Of a stretch of 40,365 nucleotides of DNA, positions 1-11,849 are shown piece after piece; position 1 is the stretch's first letter, and each line of letters opens with the position of its first letter. The notes under the pieces were generated by a model. It saw only the letters and a program-made list of their open reading frames with translations, did no database searches and was not told where the DNA came from. A program made the position numbers and the translations under genes. The stretch covers positions 1 to 40,365 of the forward strand of contig NW_021835506.1 in the NCBI RefSeq assembly GCF_006345805.1. The letters are read 5' to 3'. This stretch comes from Octopus sinensis (lineage: Eukaryota).

Positions 1-243
1 CGAACTCAGACAAAAGACATTGACAAAGCACTTCCCCGTATTCCCCGCTCCTGCAATTAATAACTCTTAAACCTTAAAGTAAACATTGTGCTACCAATAA
101 CATTGGAGACACGTCTTGAAAAACTGTTTTTTCTTTTTTTTTTTTTTTTTACTGGACAAGAGCAGACGTTCTTTACGCCAAATTGATTTTACAGGGTTTA
201 GGAGGTGAAAGGTATAGATGATGTGTGTATCTTTGTATTTCTT

Positions 244-251
244 GAGCGCGC

Positions 252-296
<45 letters not shown>

Positions 297-438
297 TGTG
301 TGCGTGTGTGTGGTGTGTGTGTGTGTGTGTTGCTAACTAGACTATCAAATACATAAATCATATTTGTATAATCCATAGAGGCGTGTTGTTCACTCTGTAT
401 ACGTCTTCACAAGCATACGTACATTTCTCCTTAACTCA

Positions 439-469
<31 letters not shown>

Positions 470-543
470 AACACACACTCATACACACACACACACACAC
501 AAACACAAACACACACACACACTCATACACACACACACACACA

Positions 544-594
<51 letters not shown>

Positions 595-600
595 CACGCA
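244..600. repeat. (GT)n and (CA)n microsatellite blocks
   Basis: Visible dinucleotide runs at about 244-330 and 438-600. Confidence 0.95.
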
Positions 601-959
601 TGCATTCAGAGTTAATTATGTGTTCAATCTAGCGTGAAGCGTTAAAATAACACTCGGTGCTGTTAATTAGAGGGGAGTAACATTTTACTGAATGCTGGGT
701 TTTGTGTGAGCCACTACTCAGAGTTTCTCAATCCCGTCCCTAAAGAGGCGACTAAAGAGTCATAATTTGGATTTCGCTTTGAATACGCAACGATCAAGTG
801 GCTGCCTTTGGATCGGCTTGAGTGGGTGGGGTGGGGTGGGGTGGGGACTTAAATAGAGAACGGAGAGGGTGGGGGAATATCACACCAAAATAAATAAGTA
901 GATAGATAAATAAATGAATGAATAAAAATATGTGGAGTGAGAGCGAGGCGCAAGCTCAA

Positions 960-1562
960 AAACGGAGGGTAGAGACGACAAAGAAGAGAAAGAGAAGAAG
1001 CAAGAAGAGAAGAATAATAAGAAAGAAGAAGAAGAAGAAGAAGAAGAAGAAGAAGAAGAAGAAGAAGAAGAAGAAGAAGAAGAAGAAGAAGAGAGAGAGA
1101 GAGTGAGATGTGATGATGAACATAAAATATCTGCAATAGGAAAACCGATATAAAAACACGTAGGAAGGACACACACACATACACGCACAGATATATGCGC
1201 ATGTATGTATGTATGTATGTATGTATGTATGTATGTATTTATGTGTGTATGTAAGAAGAAGAAGCAGGAGGAGGAGGAGGAGGAGGAGGAAAAAGAAGAA
1301 TGAAAGAATAAATGAATAAATGAATGAATTGAAGAAAGGAAGGAAGGAGGGAAGAAAAAGAAGGAAGAAGAAGAAGAAGAAGAAGAAGAAGAAGAAGAAG
1401 AAGAAAAAGAAAAAGAAGAAGAAGAAGAAGAAGAAGAAGAAGAAGAAGAATGAATGGATGAATGAAGGAACGAACGAACGAACGAACGAACGAACGAAGG
1501 AAGGAAGCAAAAAGAAAAATGAGTGAATGAAGGAAGGAGAGATGAAAGAAAGAAAAAGAAAG
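960..1562. repeat. Purine-rich low-complexity block: (GAA)n, (GAG)n, (TATG)n, (GAAC)n
   Basis: Visible simple repeats; they explain the poly-K/L/F/S ORFs in the track. Confidence 0.95.
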
Positions 1563-1573
1563 CATGAATGAAC

Positions 1574-1755
1574 CTTTTTACTCACAGCTGTCGTGCACAT
1601 GCAACCAATTCTCACACACGCACACACTCACATATATATACCTACAGCGCGCGCGCGTTCAAACACACTTGACATGTATTCTACGAAGAAGGACTTTAAA
1701 TAAACGTCCTGCAATTGAGAGAGACACATCAACAACACAACCGAGGAATATAACG
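1574..1755 (+). repeat. Copy 1 of a ~170-bp dispersed direct repeat (partner at ~3510-3675)
   Basis: Both loci read cttt(t/c)actcacagctgtcgtgcacatgca...gacatgtattctacgaaga...cgtcctgcaattgaga.agacacatcaacaacac; roughly 80% identical by eye. Confidence 0.85.
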
Positions 1756-2021
1756 AAAACAACAGCTCAACAGGTAAACAGATTCTTTCTACTAGTAGTT
1801 ATAGAAGAAACGGTAACTACAAAACACATTTTTTTCTGGGCATTATGAATTGATTACAGATTCATGTAACTGCTACAAGAAAGCGAAACAAAACCCCGTT
1901 GTTGGATATATGAATAGACTGAAATCATATTGACTAGATTGAAATCATTCTACACTCAGAACTAAAACATCATACGTACGTACGTACATCCCTATATATA
2001 TATATATATATATATATACGT

Positions 2022-2575
2022 ACAAGATGGCTGTCCACTCGTGACCGAGGAAGACCTTCAGGAACATTGTGAGCTCTAGGTCGTTGTTTGCTAATGAGCT
2101 CTTGTCTTGAAAATATCGAGCAATGCCTGTGCAGGTCCAATAAGGCTTGCACGGTACTTCATAGACCCTCTCCACTTTATTGACATTATCCAGACAAACC
2201 GGAGCAAGATGTCTGGTGCCAATATGAGTCACAGATTTAGTGATGTAGGAGCACCATGATCCCTAGCACAAACCGAAGATCCCCAAAATACCCAATGCCA
2301 TTCCCTGCATATCTGGTTTTATATCGGAGTGACCTTCTCCTAGAGACATACTTCAACAGAAACTGAGGAGTGCCTCCCTCCCAGAGGTCTTTCAGCATGC
2401 CGAACTCCATCTCGAACTTCTGCTTACCCGTGCTATTGCTAGATAGCTATTGAGCCAGCACTAGGTTCATCCAATCATTCAACAGGTCTTGTTTTTAATC
2501 CTGCTGGGTTTCTAGCAACCCTCCATACCAGGATATGCTGGTGGGGGTGCCAGTTTAGTAGCCGACAACAAGTTG
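2022..2575 (-). mobile_element. Decayed RTE-clade LINE, 3' fragment
   Basis: Minus strand, with frameshifts, gives CCRLLNW..HI / KQK.RW.GHAER / EGGTPQFLLKYVSRRRS..KTR / ARDHGA. This resembles the RTE C-terminus (RCLRRIL.I.WQ, LRWFGHVER, GRR..GRPKTRW, A.DR..W). It ends in an RTE-like 3' UTR (ggtcttcctcggtcacgagtggac) next to (TA)n. Confidence 0.5.
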
Positions 2576-3170
2576 TACATACATACATACATACATACAT
2601 ACATACATACATACATACATACATACATACATGCATACATACATAAATACATACATGCATACATACATATATATATATGTGTATATATATATATATATAT
2701 AACTGTATAATAATATATTCTCTCCGATTTGAAGCGACAATTTTTAAAAATGGTGAGCTAACCCCAACCAGAATCGAGCCAACAAGTCAATGCTAACACG
2801 ACTCTTTGCGCATCCGACTGGACCAAACGCTCACCCATCAATTCCAACCAAATTTAATGAATATATACTTAAACTGTCAAATACTGCATATAATATTTGT
2901 AAGAGGAAATCCAGGCAAATAACTTAGTCAGCACTCCATGAGAAATCACGGCCAGTAGGATGTACAGAGAGAAAAAATCCAATAATCCAGTTAGTCAAAA
3001 AGTGTTCCATACAAACTGTAAGTCTGTGGAATTTACCTATTTCTGCATCAATCACAGAGTATGAAATAAAACGATCAGTTTACTGGTTGTTATCGAAACA
3101 ATCATGATTAATAAATGCCTTGTGTGTGTATGTGTACTGGTGTGTGTAGGTGTGTATAAATTTGTATATG

Positions 3171-3217
<47 letters not shown>

Positions 3218-3509
3218 TATAAATGGACATACAAGTGTTTATGTGCGCGTATGCCCGCTGTGTGTGCATGCGTGCGTATGTATGTGCGTATGTGTATATA
3301 TGAGCACGTGCCTGTATGTGTGTATGTGTGTGTGTATTTACGTTGATAGTGATATCAAAGACCTATATTCTATCAATCCAGATGTGCCACATCGTTCGTT
3401 TATGTTTCCTACAGTTCTTCTTCTCTAAACAAACGCCATACTTTATGATGCCGCTAGCCATACACATTTATTTTATGTGGTTGATATATCACCCATTGCT
3501 CGTCTTTAA

Positions 3510-3675
3510 CCTTTTCACTCACAGCTGTCGTGCACATGCAGCCGATTCTCACATACAAATTCACATATATATACACACAGCGCGCGTCCAAACACGTTTG
3601 ACATGTATTCTACGAAGAGAGACTTTGAAAACGTCCTGCAATTGAGACAGACACATCAACAACACTAATATAACC
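3510..3675 (+). repeat. Copy 2 of the ~170-bp dispersed direct repeat
   Basis: Aligns by eye to 1574-1755. Confidence 0.85.
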
Positions 3676-3763
3676 ACCCTTGAATAAGAATGAACCTCTG
3701 ACTGTTTTTAACAATGTTAACCACGTCTATATCGATTTAACATGAGTTCAACATATCGAATGA

Positions 3764-4168
3764 TAATAACCCTTTCTACTAAAGGCACAAGGCCTGAAAT
3801 TTTGGGGAGAGAGGATGAGTCGATTACATCGACCCTAGTGTGTCACTGGTACTCAATTTATCGACCTCGAAAGGATGAAAAGCGAAGTCGACCTCGACGG
3901 AATTTGAACTCAGAACGTAGCGGCAGACGAAATACCTATTTCTTTACTACCCACAAGGTGCTTAAACACAGAGAGGACAAACAAGGACATACATAGGTAT
4001 TAAGTCGATTATATCAACCCCAGTGCGTAACTAGTACTTATTTAATCGACCCCGAAAGGATGAAAGCAAAGTCGACCTCGGCGGAATTTGAACTCAGAAT
4101 GTAGCGGCGGACGAAATACCGCTAAGCAATTCGCCCGGCGTGCTAACGTTTTTCCCAGCTCGCCGACT
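3764..4168 (-). mobile_element. tRNA-derived SINE family 1, dimer (tail type A unit followed by tail type B unit)
   Basis: Reverse complement of the ggcggcgagctggcagaaacgttagc...gttctgagttcaaattccgccgaggtcgac head with A/B-box-like motifs; internal junction at ~3930-3936. Confidence 0.9.
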
Positions 4169-4254
4169 TAATCTGTCATAAATATTAACAAGGAGAATGA
4201 AGGGAGCAGCACATTTTATCGCATTATTCTGCGATGTGTGTGTGTCTATAAAAT

Positions 4255-4360
4255 CCACTCTAAGCTTTTGTCATCCCGAAGCTATTACAGAAGACACTTG
4301 CCCAAGCTGTCACGCAATAGGATTGAACCCGGACCCATGTGGGATAAGAACTACTACAAT
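4255..4360 (-). mobile_element. tRNA-derived SINE family 2, degenerate 5' fragment
   Basis: Reverse complement matches ...cacatgggtccgggttcaatcc...ttgggcaagtgtcttct.taatagc... Confidence 0.75.
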
Positions 4361-4462
4361 AAGTGTGCGATTCTGGGAAGGGAATATGTAGAGCAAAGTT
4401 ATAATTAACTGATCCTCCTGTTTTTTCTTTTATCCTAAGCTAGGAAATTTTCAGCATGTCCT

Positions 4463-4507
<45 letters not shown>

Positions 4508-4590
4508 GTTATAGGTGTTTACATGACCAAAATTTGCGGTCTCAGTACATATGATCAAGTGAAAACAAAGCTTTAGATATAACAAAACAA

Positions 4591-4992
4591 AGGCGGCGAG
4601 CTGGCTGAAACGTTAGCACACCGGGCGAAATGCTTAGCAGTATTTCGTCTGCTGTTACGTTCTGAGGTCGACTTTGCCTTTCATCCTTTCGGGGTCGATA
4701 AATTAAGAACCAGTTACGCACTGGGGTCGATGTGATCGACTTAATCCCTTTGTCTGTCATTGTTTGTCCCCTCTATGTTTAGCCCCTTGCGGGTAATAAA
4801 GAATTAAGAAACGTTAGCACGCCAGGTGGAATGCTTAGCGGTTATTTCGTGTCTTTACGTTCTGAGTTCAAATCCTGCCGAGCTCGACTTTGTCTTTCAT
4901 CCTTTCAGGATCGATAAGTTGCGGACTGTGGTTGATGTAATCGACTGACCTACTCCCAAAAAATTTCAGGCCTTATGCCTAGAATAGAAAAG
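4591..4992 (+). mobile_element. SINE family 1, dimer (second unit restarts at gaaacgttagc)
   Basis: Full head at 4591; tail A ends ~4808; second unit carries tail B (caaaaaatttcaggccttatgcctagaatagaaaag). Confidence 0.9.
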
Positions 4993-5947
4993 AAAAAAAT
5001 ACAAGAAAACAATAAACAATCTGGTTTACTAACACAGAATTACACACACATATTTAACATAGATAAAAAGAGTATCGTGTACTTGATATTTAAAAGAAAA
5101 ATACAAACATTTTATAGTAACTATAATAACAATTTAAGTATGTGGTTAGTTGTTAGAAGTGTCTGCTGTCATTGCATCAATCACATGACCAACTGCACCA
5201 AGAGCTGTACTTTCCTGCAATTTCTAACGAGAGGAAGGAGATGGCATTCTAATGACAGAGTGAGAAATTTGTTTAAAAAATGTAAATGAACACGTCAACT
5301 AGAACATTAATATCAACAACAAAGACATCAACTCTAACATCAATGATAATGAGAACGACAAACTGTTAAAATAAGCTTGCACTCAGGAATTACCTCATTA
5401 AGTATTAAACTTTCAATCTTGCTTCCTGTTAATTGCAGGTTTATTATTTTAATTTAAACTGGTTTGAATTAAATTTAATTATATTTATTTTGCTTGCGTT
5501 CAGAATTTTACGTACAGCCGAAAGTGACTTTCCTTTTCATCTTTTCAAAGTAGACCAAATAAGTACCAGTGAGATATTTGGGTCGAGTTAATCAGTTGTG
5601 CACTTCCTGCAATTTGGGGGACTCTGTACTTAAGTTTAAAAGGAAAAAAAATGCTTTTAGGGAAATGGGGCAATAACAGAATCTGCAAGACATCCGCCTT
5701 GCGGGGCTTTTAGTTTTCGGTCTTTTGGTGTTTTGAGATGAAATCCCGGCGGGATTTCAACTTTTATTTTCATCCTTTCAACATCAATAAAATAAATTAT
5801 CGCTCTCTCAAATACACGATATACTCATGGTAGGAAAAAGCTATTCCCATTGCGTCTATTTTAGTATTGTACTCACCAAAACCAACCATTCCAGACAAAA
5901 CTAATAAAAAAAAACGACACACCTGCTAATTAGAATTCTAAGATCTA

Positions 5948-6564
5948 CGAAGGATTGCTGAAAAGTTCCTGGCTTTAAGGGTATCACAAAAAGCTGGATT
6001 GGAGGCCCAACTTTCCGAGTTCTTTTACAGTCTTTAAACAAATCTGAAGGAAGGCTGTAATAAATGTGTGAATCTGAGGGGAGAATATACGGAATAAAAT
6101 TATAGAGTGGCTGTGTGGTAAGTAGCTTGTTTACCAACCACATGGTTCCGGGTTCAGTCCCACTGCGTGGCATCTTGAGCAAGTGTCTTCTACTATAGCC
6201 TCGGGCCGACCAATGCCTTGTGAGTGGATTTGGTAGACGGAAACTGAAAGAAGCCCGTCGCATATACGTATATATATATATATGCATATGTGTGTATGTT
6301 TGTGTGTCTGTGTTTGTCCCCCTAGCATTGCTTGACAACCGATGCTGAGTGTTTATGTTACCGTAACTTAGCGGTTCGGCAAAAAGAGACCGATAGAATA
6401 AGTACTGGGCTTACAAAAGAATAAGTCCCGGGGTCGAGTTGCTCGACTAAAGGCGGTGCTCCAGCATGGCCACAGTCAAATGACTGAAACAAGTAAAAGA
6501 GTAAAAGAGTGATCCTCCGTTATATTCTTTTACCCAAAGCCAGGAACTTTTCAGCACCCTCTCG
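5948..6564. mobile_element. Tc1/mariner-type MITE (29-bp TIRs, TA TSD) containing a nested SINE
   Basis: TA|cgaaggattgctgaaaagttcctggcttt (5948-5976) and aaagccaggaacttttcagcaccctctcg|TA (6536-6564); 4 mismatches, inner 21 bp perfect. Confidence 0.8.
6104..6509 (+). mobile_element. tRNA-derived SINE family 2, full length
   Basis: gagtggctgtgtggtaagtagc...ggttccgggttcagtccc head, cttg(a/g)gcaagtgtctt motif, internal (TA)(TG) microsatellite, (aaaagagt)n tail. Confidence 0.9.
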
Positions 6565-7403
6565 TAATCCTACCAGTGCTGACTTTCCTTTCGATCCAAC
6601 TAGATTCTATAAAAAGCACATATTTATCATTTACAAAATGACCGAATTAAGGCAAGACTAACCCCTCTGACGTGGAAAACACCCCTAAATTGAAGATGTT
6701 CTCACTCAGTGGGAATAAAACTCAGGCAAGCCAAATATGGCATACATCAAGAACAATGTTAGTTCTATCAAAAAACATGATATTCAAATTTCCACATTAT
6801 CTATTCATGACTTAATTATAAATTCAAAATGACCGATAAAGCAAACACACCCTTATTTTAGGTCAATTTTTCTACCAAACTATCAAGGATAATATACTCT
6901 AACTTGGAATGCCAACAGATTGGGGTACAAACTAGATGCTGAATCAAAGACATTAATGATGTTGGCCTAGATTTCGTTCGTTGTGGAGTCGCTCATAGCC
7001 ATATGCAACAGTTAAAGCGTTTTTGATCCCTGGGTAATAGCATTCAAGTGTCTCTGAATGATGAACAAATAAAGTGTATCTAATCACACTAGAACAGCAT
7101 CTAGGCAAGTATCAAAGTAATACACATGCAAAGTATCAGCCTATTACATCAATTATTATTGAAGATATCGTGACCTAAATATTACTACTCATAGTCAGAA
7201 ATATTTTGAGAAAAACGCAATAGACACTGGAAATGTTTGATTTTACAACAATGTCCAACTACACAAGGATGATATCCACATTTTAGTGAAATATTTGCAG
7301 TTTTGCACTGTCTAATAACGCTCAAAGGCATATCATGCTATTTTTCTGAGATTTTGCTATCTGAGATCTGAGGTATTAGCCTTGCTTAAGTATTTATGGG
7401 AAA

Positions 7404-8253
7404 CTAGCAGAATTGCCCGGCGTTGCTCGGGGCTGAATTGCTTGAAAGTACTGTTAATGATTGCACTGAATTATGATGATTATTCAGGCAAATATTGATA
7501 TAAGCTTACGGGGTGGGAGATAAGGACTTAACGATCAAAAGTGTGCCATTGCATTGTTTTGGGGGGAACCAAATTTCTGATGAGCCATTATAGGGCACCA
7601 ACTTTAAGTTTGAGAAAGTGTGGTGGTAGTCCGGGGTGCTCAAAGGATTGAGTACCTCTATTGGATAGTTGATGACGTCCTCTGGGTCAGGAGTTGTATC
7701 GATAGACTGTATACATAGACTTCCCCAGGAATGAGTTTTAGCATTTCATCATTAATATGGTGAAACAGTTTTATTCCTCGGGGCCAGTATAGCCTTTTTG
7801 CCAATCCAATCCATATTCTGATAATTAGCTTGTAGATCTGGGAACACTGCATCTCTGAGATCAGAAGGCGTCTTAACAATGGTACAAATGGAATCGATGG
7901 CAATATTACCATTTTCATCCCCTGGTATTTTGCCTTCGCCAAGTGCAAGGAGGGTGTGAGGAGGAAATGATGCTGATGTGATATTACGTCGCATATGAGC
8001 ACGCATATTGTGTGAAGTTTGAGAGTTACTTCCCTTTATCAAAAAATATGCATTTAAAATGGAAAAAAAATGATGGTAAATTATTTGTAAAATCATAGAC
8101 TCATCGTAGACGCGCGCTAATACCCAGAAGGGCTCGATATGAATCACGACTATAAGATACCCGGTTTTGGGTTAAACTGCATCGCAAAATGTGGGAGTAG
8201 TTAGGAATCTAAATCGGAGTAGACAGACACACAACCTTTCTTTTATATATAAA
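7404..8253 (-). mobile_element. Internally deleted Helitron
   Basis: 3' terminus on the minus strand: hairpin cccgagcaacgccgggc, then CTAG|T (7404-7407). 5' terminus T(C>T)TATATATAAAAG at ~8240-8253. A helicase fragment lies inside. Confidence 0.85.
7520..7925 (-). pseudogene. Helitron Rep/Hel Pif1-family helicase fragment, frameshifted
   Basis: DAVFPDL..NY.NMDWIGKKAILAPRNKTV / HINDEMLKLIPGE / SIDT...NYPIEVLNPL / PGLPPHFLKLKVGA..LIRNL.PPK / CNGT matches the conserved Pif1/Helitron helicase C-terminal motifs; it has several frameshifts and a stop. Confidence 0.9.
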
Positions 8254-8254
8254 T

Positions 8255-8735
8255 ATTTTCGTCCTAAAAAACTTTGTATGGATTGAATGGTTACCTCTAT
8301 GGAAATATATACACGCACATTATACATACATGTGTGTATAGATGAATATATAAATACATTTAATATCTATATACACTTTGGATGATCTTTCTGTTTCTTA
8401 GAGATAACTTTAGATCTTATTTCGTGCTAAAAAACTTTGTATGGAGTGAATGGTTACCTCTATGGAAATATATACACACACGTTATACATACATGTGTGC
8501 ATAGATGAATACATAAATACATTTATATATCTATATACACTTTTGGGCGATCTCTGTGCTACTTAGAGATAACTTTAGATCTTATTTTCGTCCTAAAAAA
8601 CTTTGTGCGGAGTGAATGGTTACGTGTATGGAAATATATACACACACATTATACATACATCTGTGTATAGATGAATATATAAATACATTTAAATATCTAT
8701 AACACTTTTGGGCGATCTTTCTGCTACTTGGATAT
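8255..8735 (+). repeat. Tandem array of a ~164-bp unit (3 copies, with the start of a 4th at ~9202-9223)
   Basis: Unit starts (attttcgtcctaaaaaactttg) at 8255, 8419 and 8584. Confidence 0.9.
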
Positions 8736-8738
8736 AGG

Positions 8739-9189
8739 GGCGATGTTTCGCTTGTCGTAGCACACGTTTCCGTCGATTTCCGTAAAAAATGTAAACACTG
8801 AATCGGCCATACATACATACATACATACACACACACAACATACACACACACACACACATACATGCATACATAATATACACATAAACCGAGTAAAAAATTT
8901 CAGTTATCTCTCTCTTTCACACATTACTCTCTCTGTCTCTTCACACACACTAACAGAAGCACTTCACTTACACAACATACTGTCTGTCTCCCACACCCCA
9001 TCAAACACACACACACACGTGCGCACACACACACACATGTACATCAATGCTTCGGTAACTTCAAAAGAACTTCCCTCGTCATACAATCGCTTTCTCTTAG
9101 TCTCTTTCGCTCTCATTACTTATGTAAAAAAATAAAAGTTTTTTACGGAAATCGACGGAAACCTGTGCTACGACAAGCGAAACATCGCC
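8739..9189. mobile_element. MITE with 51-bp TIRs and 8-bp TSD (Merlin-like)
   Basis: TIRs 8739-8789 and 9139-9189 (ggcgatgtttcgcttgtcgtagcaca.gtttccgtcgatttccgtaaaaaa, 1 mismatch); TSD gatatagg at 8731-8738 and 9190-9197. Confidence 0.9.
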
Positions 9190-10148
9190 GATATAGGTCT
9201 TATATTCGTCCTAAAAAACTTTCCTGTCACACACTCACGCACACGCACGCACACACACACACACACACACACGCACCCTCACACACACACACACACGCAC
9301 ACACACACTCACACACACGCACGTTAGCTTACAATTTTATTTATATATTTGCGTGTCTATGTGTGTAAGGAGGAAGTGGCAGACTGAAAGAGTCACTCAC
9401 TACAAAAGGTGAATTACTTTCATTTTATTCGTTGCACACTGTGTGTGTGCGTGTGCGTGTGGTGTAAACCACATTAAGAAAAGCATTTGACATACACACC
9501 AGAATGTGAGTTTTCTGTAAATTTTGCTTAATTGGAGTTTAAATTTTAAAAAGTGGACCTGGCAAAACCCGATGCATTCTACTCTTAAAAATGCTAAGTA
9601 AATTCTAATTGAAGAAATCCTATATTGTAGATTTCTATAACTGACAAAGGGAGGCAGATAAAATCTGCCTTTTATAATAAGAGATACTTTTTAACGTGAG
9701 TGCTGCTGTACTCGGCTTCCTAATGCACAAGTTCATGTTTCTATCAGACGATAAAGCATCCTTATAGCTGTGTCGGCCTTTTCTATAGCGACACCAGAGA
9801 TGCTCAAGGCCAGCCATAGATGTGGGCGAGAAAACTCCGGTATCAGCACGAGCTTTATTGAGTCAGACATTGTGATGCTGAGCCAAATGTTTCCAGTTTC
9901 CTCAATGCCTCATCTTTTGTGGCAAGAAGCTGGATTCAAAACTGATTTGAGTTTTCATCCCTTTACACAGTAAATGTCTTCTGTCATATCCAGGGGTAGA
10001 TCAACGCTTTCTGAGTAAAATTTGAGAGGAAAATAACAAGTGTGGAAACATCCTTGTTCTTGGGTGTAGAATAAAGGTTTTATTTTAACCTACACCCAAG
10101 TTTAAAGGCCCTGCTAAATATTTCTAAAGAATGGCTGTGTGGCAAGTC

Positions 10149-10781
10149 CGCAGGAGTGACTGTGTGGTAAGTAGCTTGCTTACAAACCACATGGTTCCGA
10201 GTTCGTTCCCACTGCGTGGTACCTTGGGCAAGTGTCTTCTACTATAGCCTCGGGCCTACCAAAGCCTTGTGAGTGGATTTGGTAGACGGAAACAGAAAGA
10301 AGCCCGTTGTATATATGTATGTGTTTATATATGTTTGTGTGTGTGCTTGTCCCCCCTTCCAACATCACTTGACAACCTATTTCTTTATTACCCACAAGGG
10401 GCTAAACATAGAGGGGACAAACGAGGACAGACATAGGTATTATGTCGATTACATCGACCCCAGTGCGTAACTGGTACTTAATTTATCGACCCCGAAAGGA
10501 TGAAAGGCAAAGTCGACCTCGGCGGAATTTGAACTCACAACGTAACGGCAGACGAAGTAACGCAAAGCATTTCGCCCGCTGTGCTAACGCTTCTGCTAGC
10601 TCGCCACCTTACTTGGCAACCGATGCTGGTGTCCCAGTGACTTGGCGGTTCGGCAAAAGAGACCGATAGAATATGTACTAGGCTTACAAAGAATAAGTCC
10701 TGGGGTCGATTTGCTCGACTAAAGGCGGTGCTCCAGCATGGCCACAGTCAAATGACTGAAACAAATAAAAGATTAAAAGAG
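10149..10781 (+). mobile_element. SINE family 2 split by a nested SINE family 1
   Basis: 5' half 10149-10377 and 3' half 10611-10781 rejoin to the family-2 sequence. Confidence 0.9.
10378..10610 (-). mobile_element. SINE family 1 monomer nested in SINE family 2
   Basis: TSD acttg(a/g)caacc at 10367-10377 and 10611-10621. Confidence 0.9.
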
Positions 10782-11849
10782 ATACCTATGAGAATTTTTG
10801 ATGAACCTATTCAGTTGGAAGTGTTTGGGAAATGTTTCCTGTGTGAGAATATCTTTCCTTCTTTCATCGACTTCAGAAAGTCTAAAGAAGATAATGGGAG
10901 ATTCTCTCCTTCTTACTTGTCTAAGCCACGTTCGCGCGCATGCATGCATATATATGTAATAGCAAACGCACCCGTCCTTTGGACGGTTTAAGTCGCTTAG
11001 CTGGTACTTTTTTCACCAAATTATTGAACTACCTAGAACGTTTATGAGTAGCACGGCAATCTATGTTTCCGATTATAGAAACGGAAAATGAAATTGAAGG
11101 CTGGTTATTGTGGAGGTCGTTACACTTTAATGATTATAGAACATATAAGTTTCCAAGCGATGCAAAATAGAGCTACTGAAGTGTTTTGGGAGTAGATTAC
11201 GACGTTTTGCAAACAAAACATACCTAGATAGATTACAGATAATGATTACAAAATATAGTTGTTTTACATGAAAGCGAAATTTCTTGCCAGAAACAGCCAC
11301 ATAAATGGTGAAAGGAAATTGAAGGAAGACGTTGAAACTTCCCCTCTGCGAGTTTATTTTATTCAACAGCAAAGGGAGCTATTTTTCGGAGAGATAAGCT
11401 AACAAAAGCCCCCTTTATTCTGTCTTCACACATAGCATGCGATTAAACTAAAAGCGTATGCCGCATAAAGTTAAATTGGTATGAAGCTTTCTGAAAGATA
11501 CGTAGAGCTTTCGCTAGTGGAAGCAAAACTCTTAGTTAAAGGTTGATTCTTCTGGACGAATAATGTGTGATAGTTTGAAAAGGGCTAGAACAACAATGCT
11601 AAAACGTATTTGAAACAATGGACAACAGTCGAAATATCACAATGGATGGGTAAATAAGCATCTTTAAAATGAAACAACGGTATCAAAAGTAAACAAAGGT
11701 ATCAACAAATATAAGAGAGAGAAGGGAACATCACCTTTCAAGTAACTCAGAATAGGTAAAGGTAAGGTTGCCAAAGTGTAATGCAGTTTAAATATGTAGA
11801 TTAAGATTAAGTTTGGTATTGGATATTCATCGCGTATAGTGTTCGTAGT

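Noticed and set aside
173-1627. ORFs rich in HT, CV, poly-L/F/K/S
   Set aside because: Translations of (CA)n, (GAA)n and similar microsatellites; no domain content.
5901-6338. 145-aa ORF and similar ones at 33875-34438, 10180-10395 and 18581-18913
   Set aside because: Antisense translations of SINE family 2 (recurring PEAIVEDT / RGYSRRHL peptides).
6570-7400. Unique ~800-bp stretch as a possible coding region
   Set aside because: Stops in all frames and no recognisable motifs; possibly a decayed TE but unsupported.
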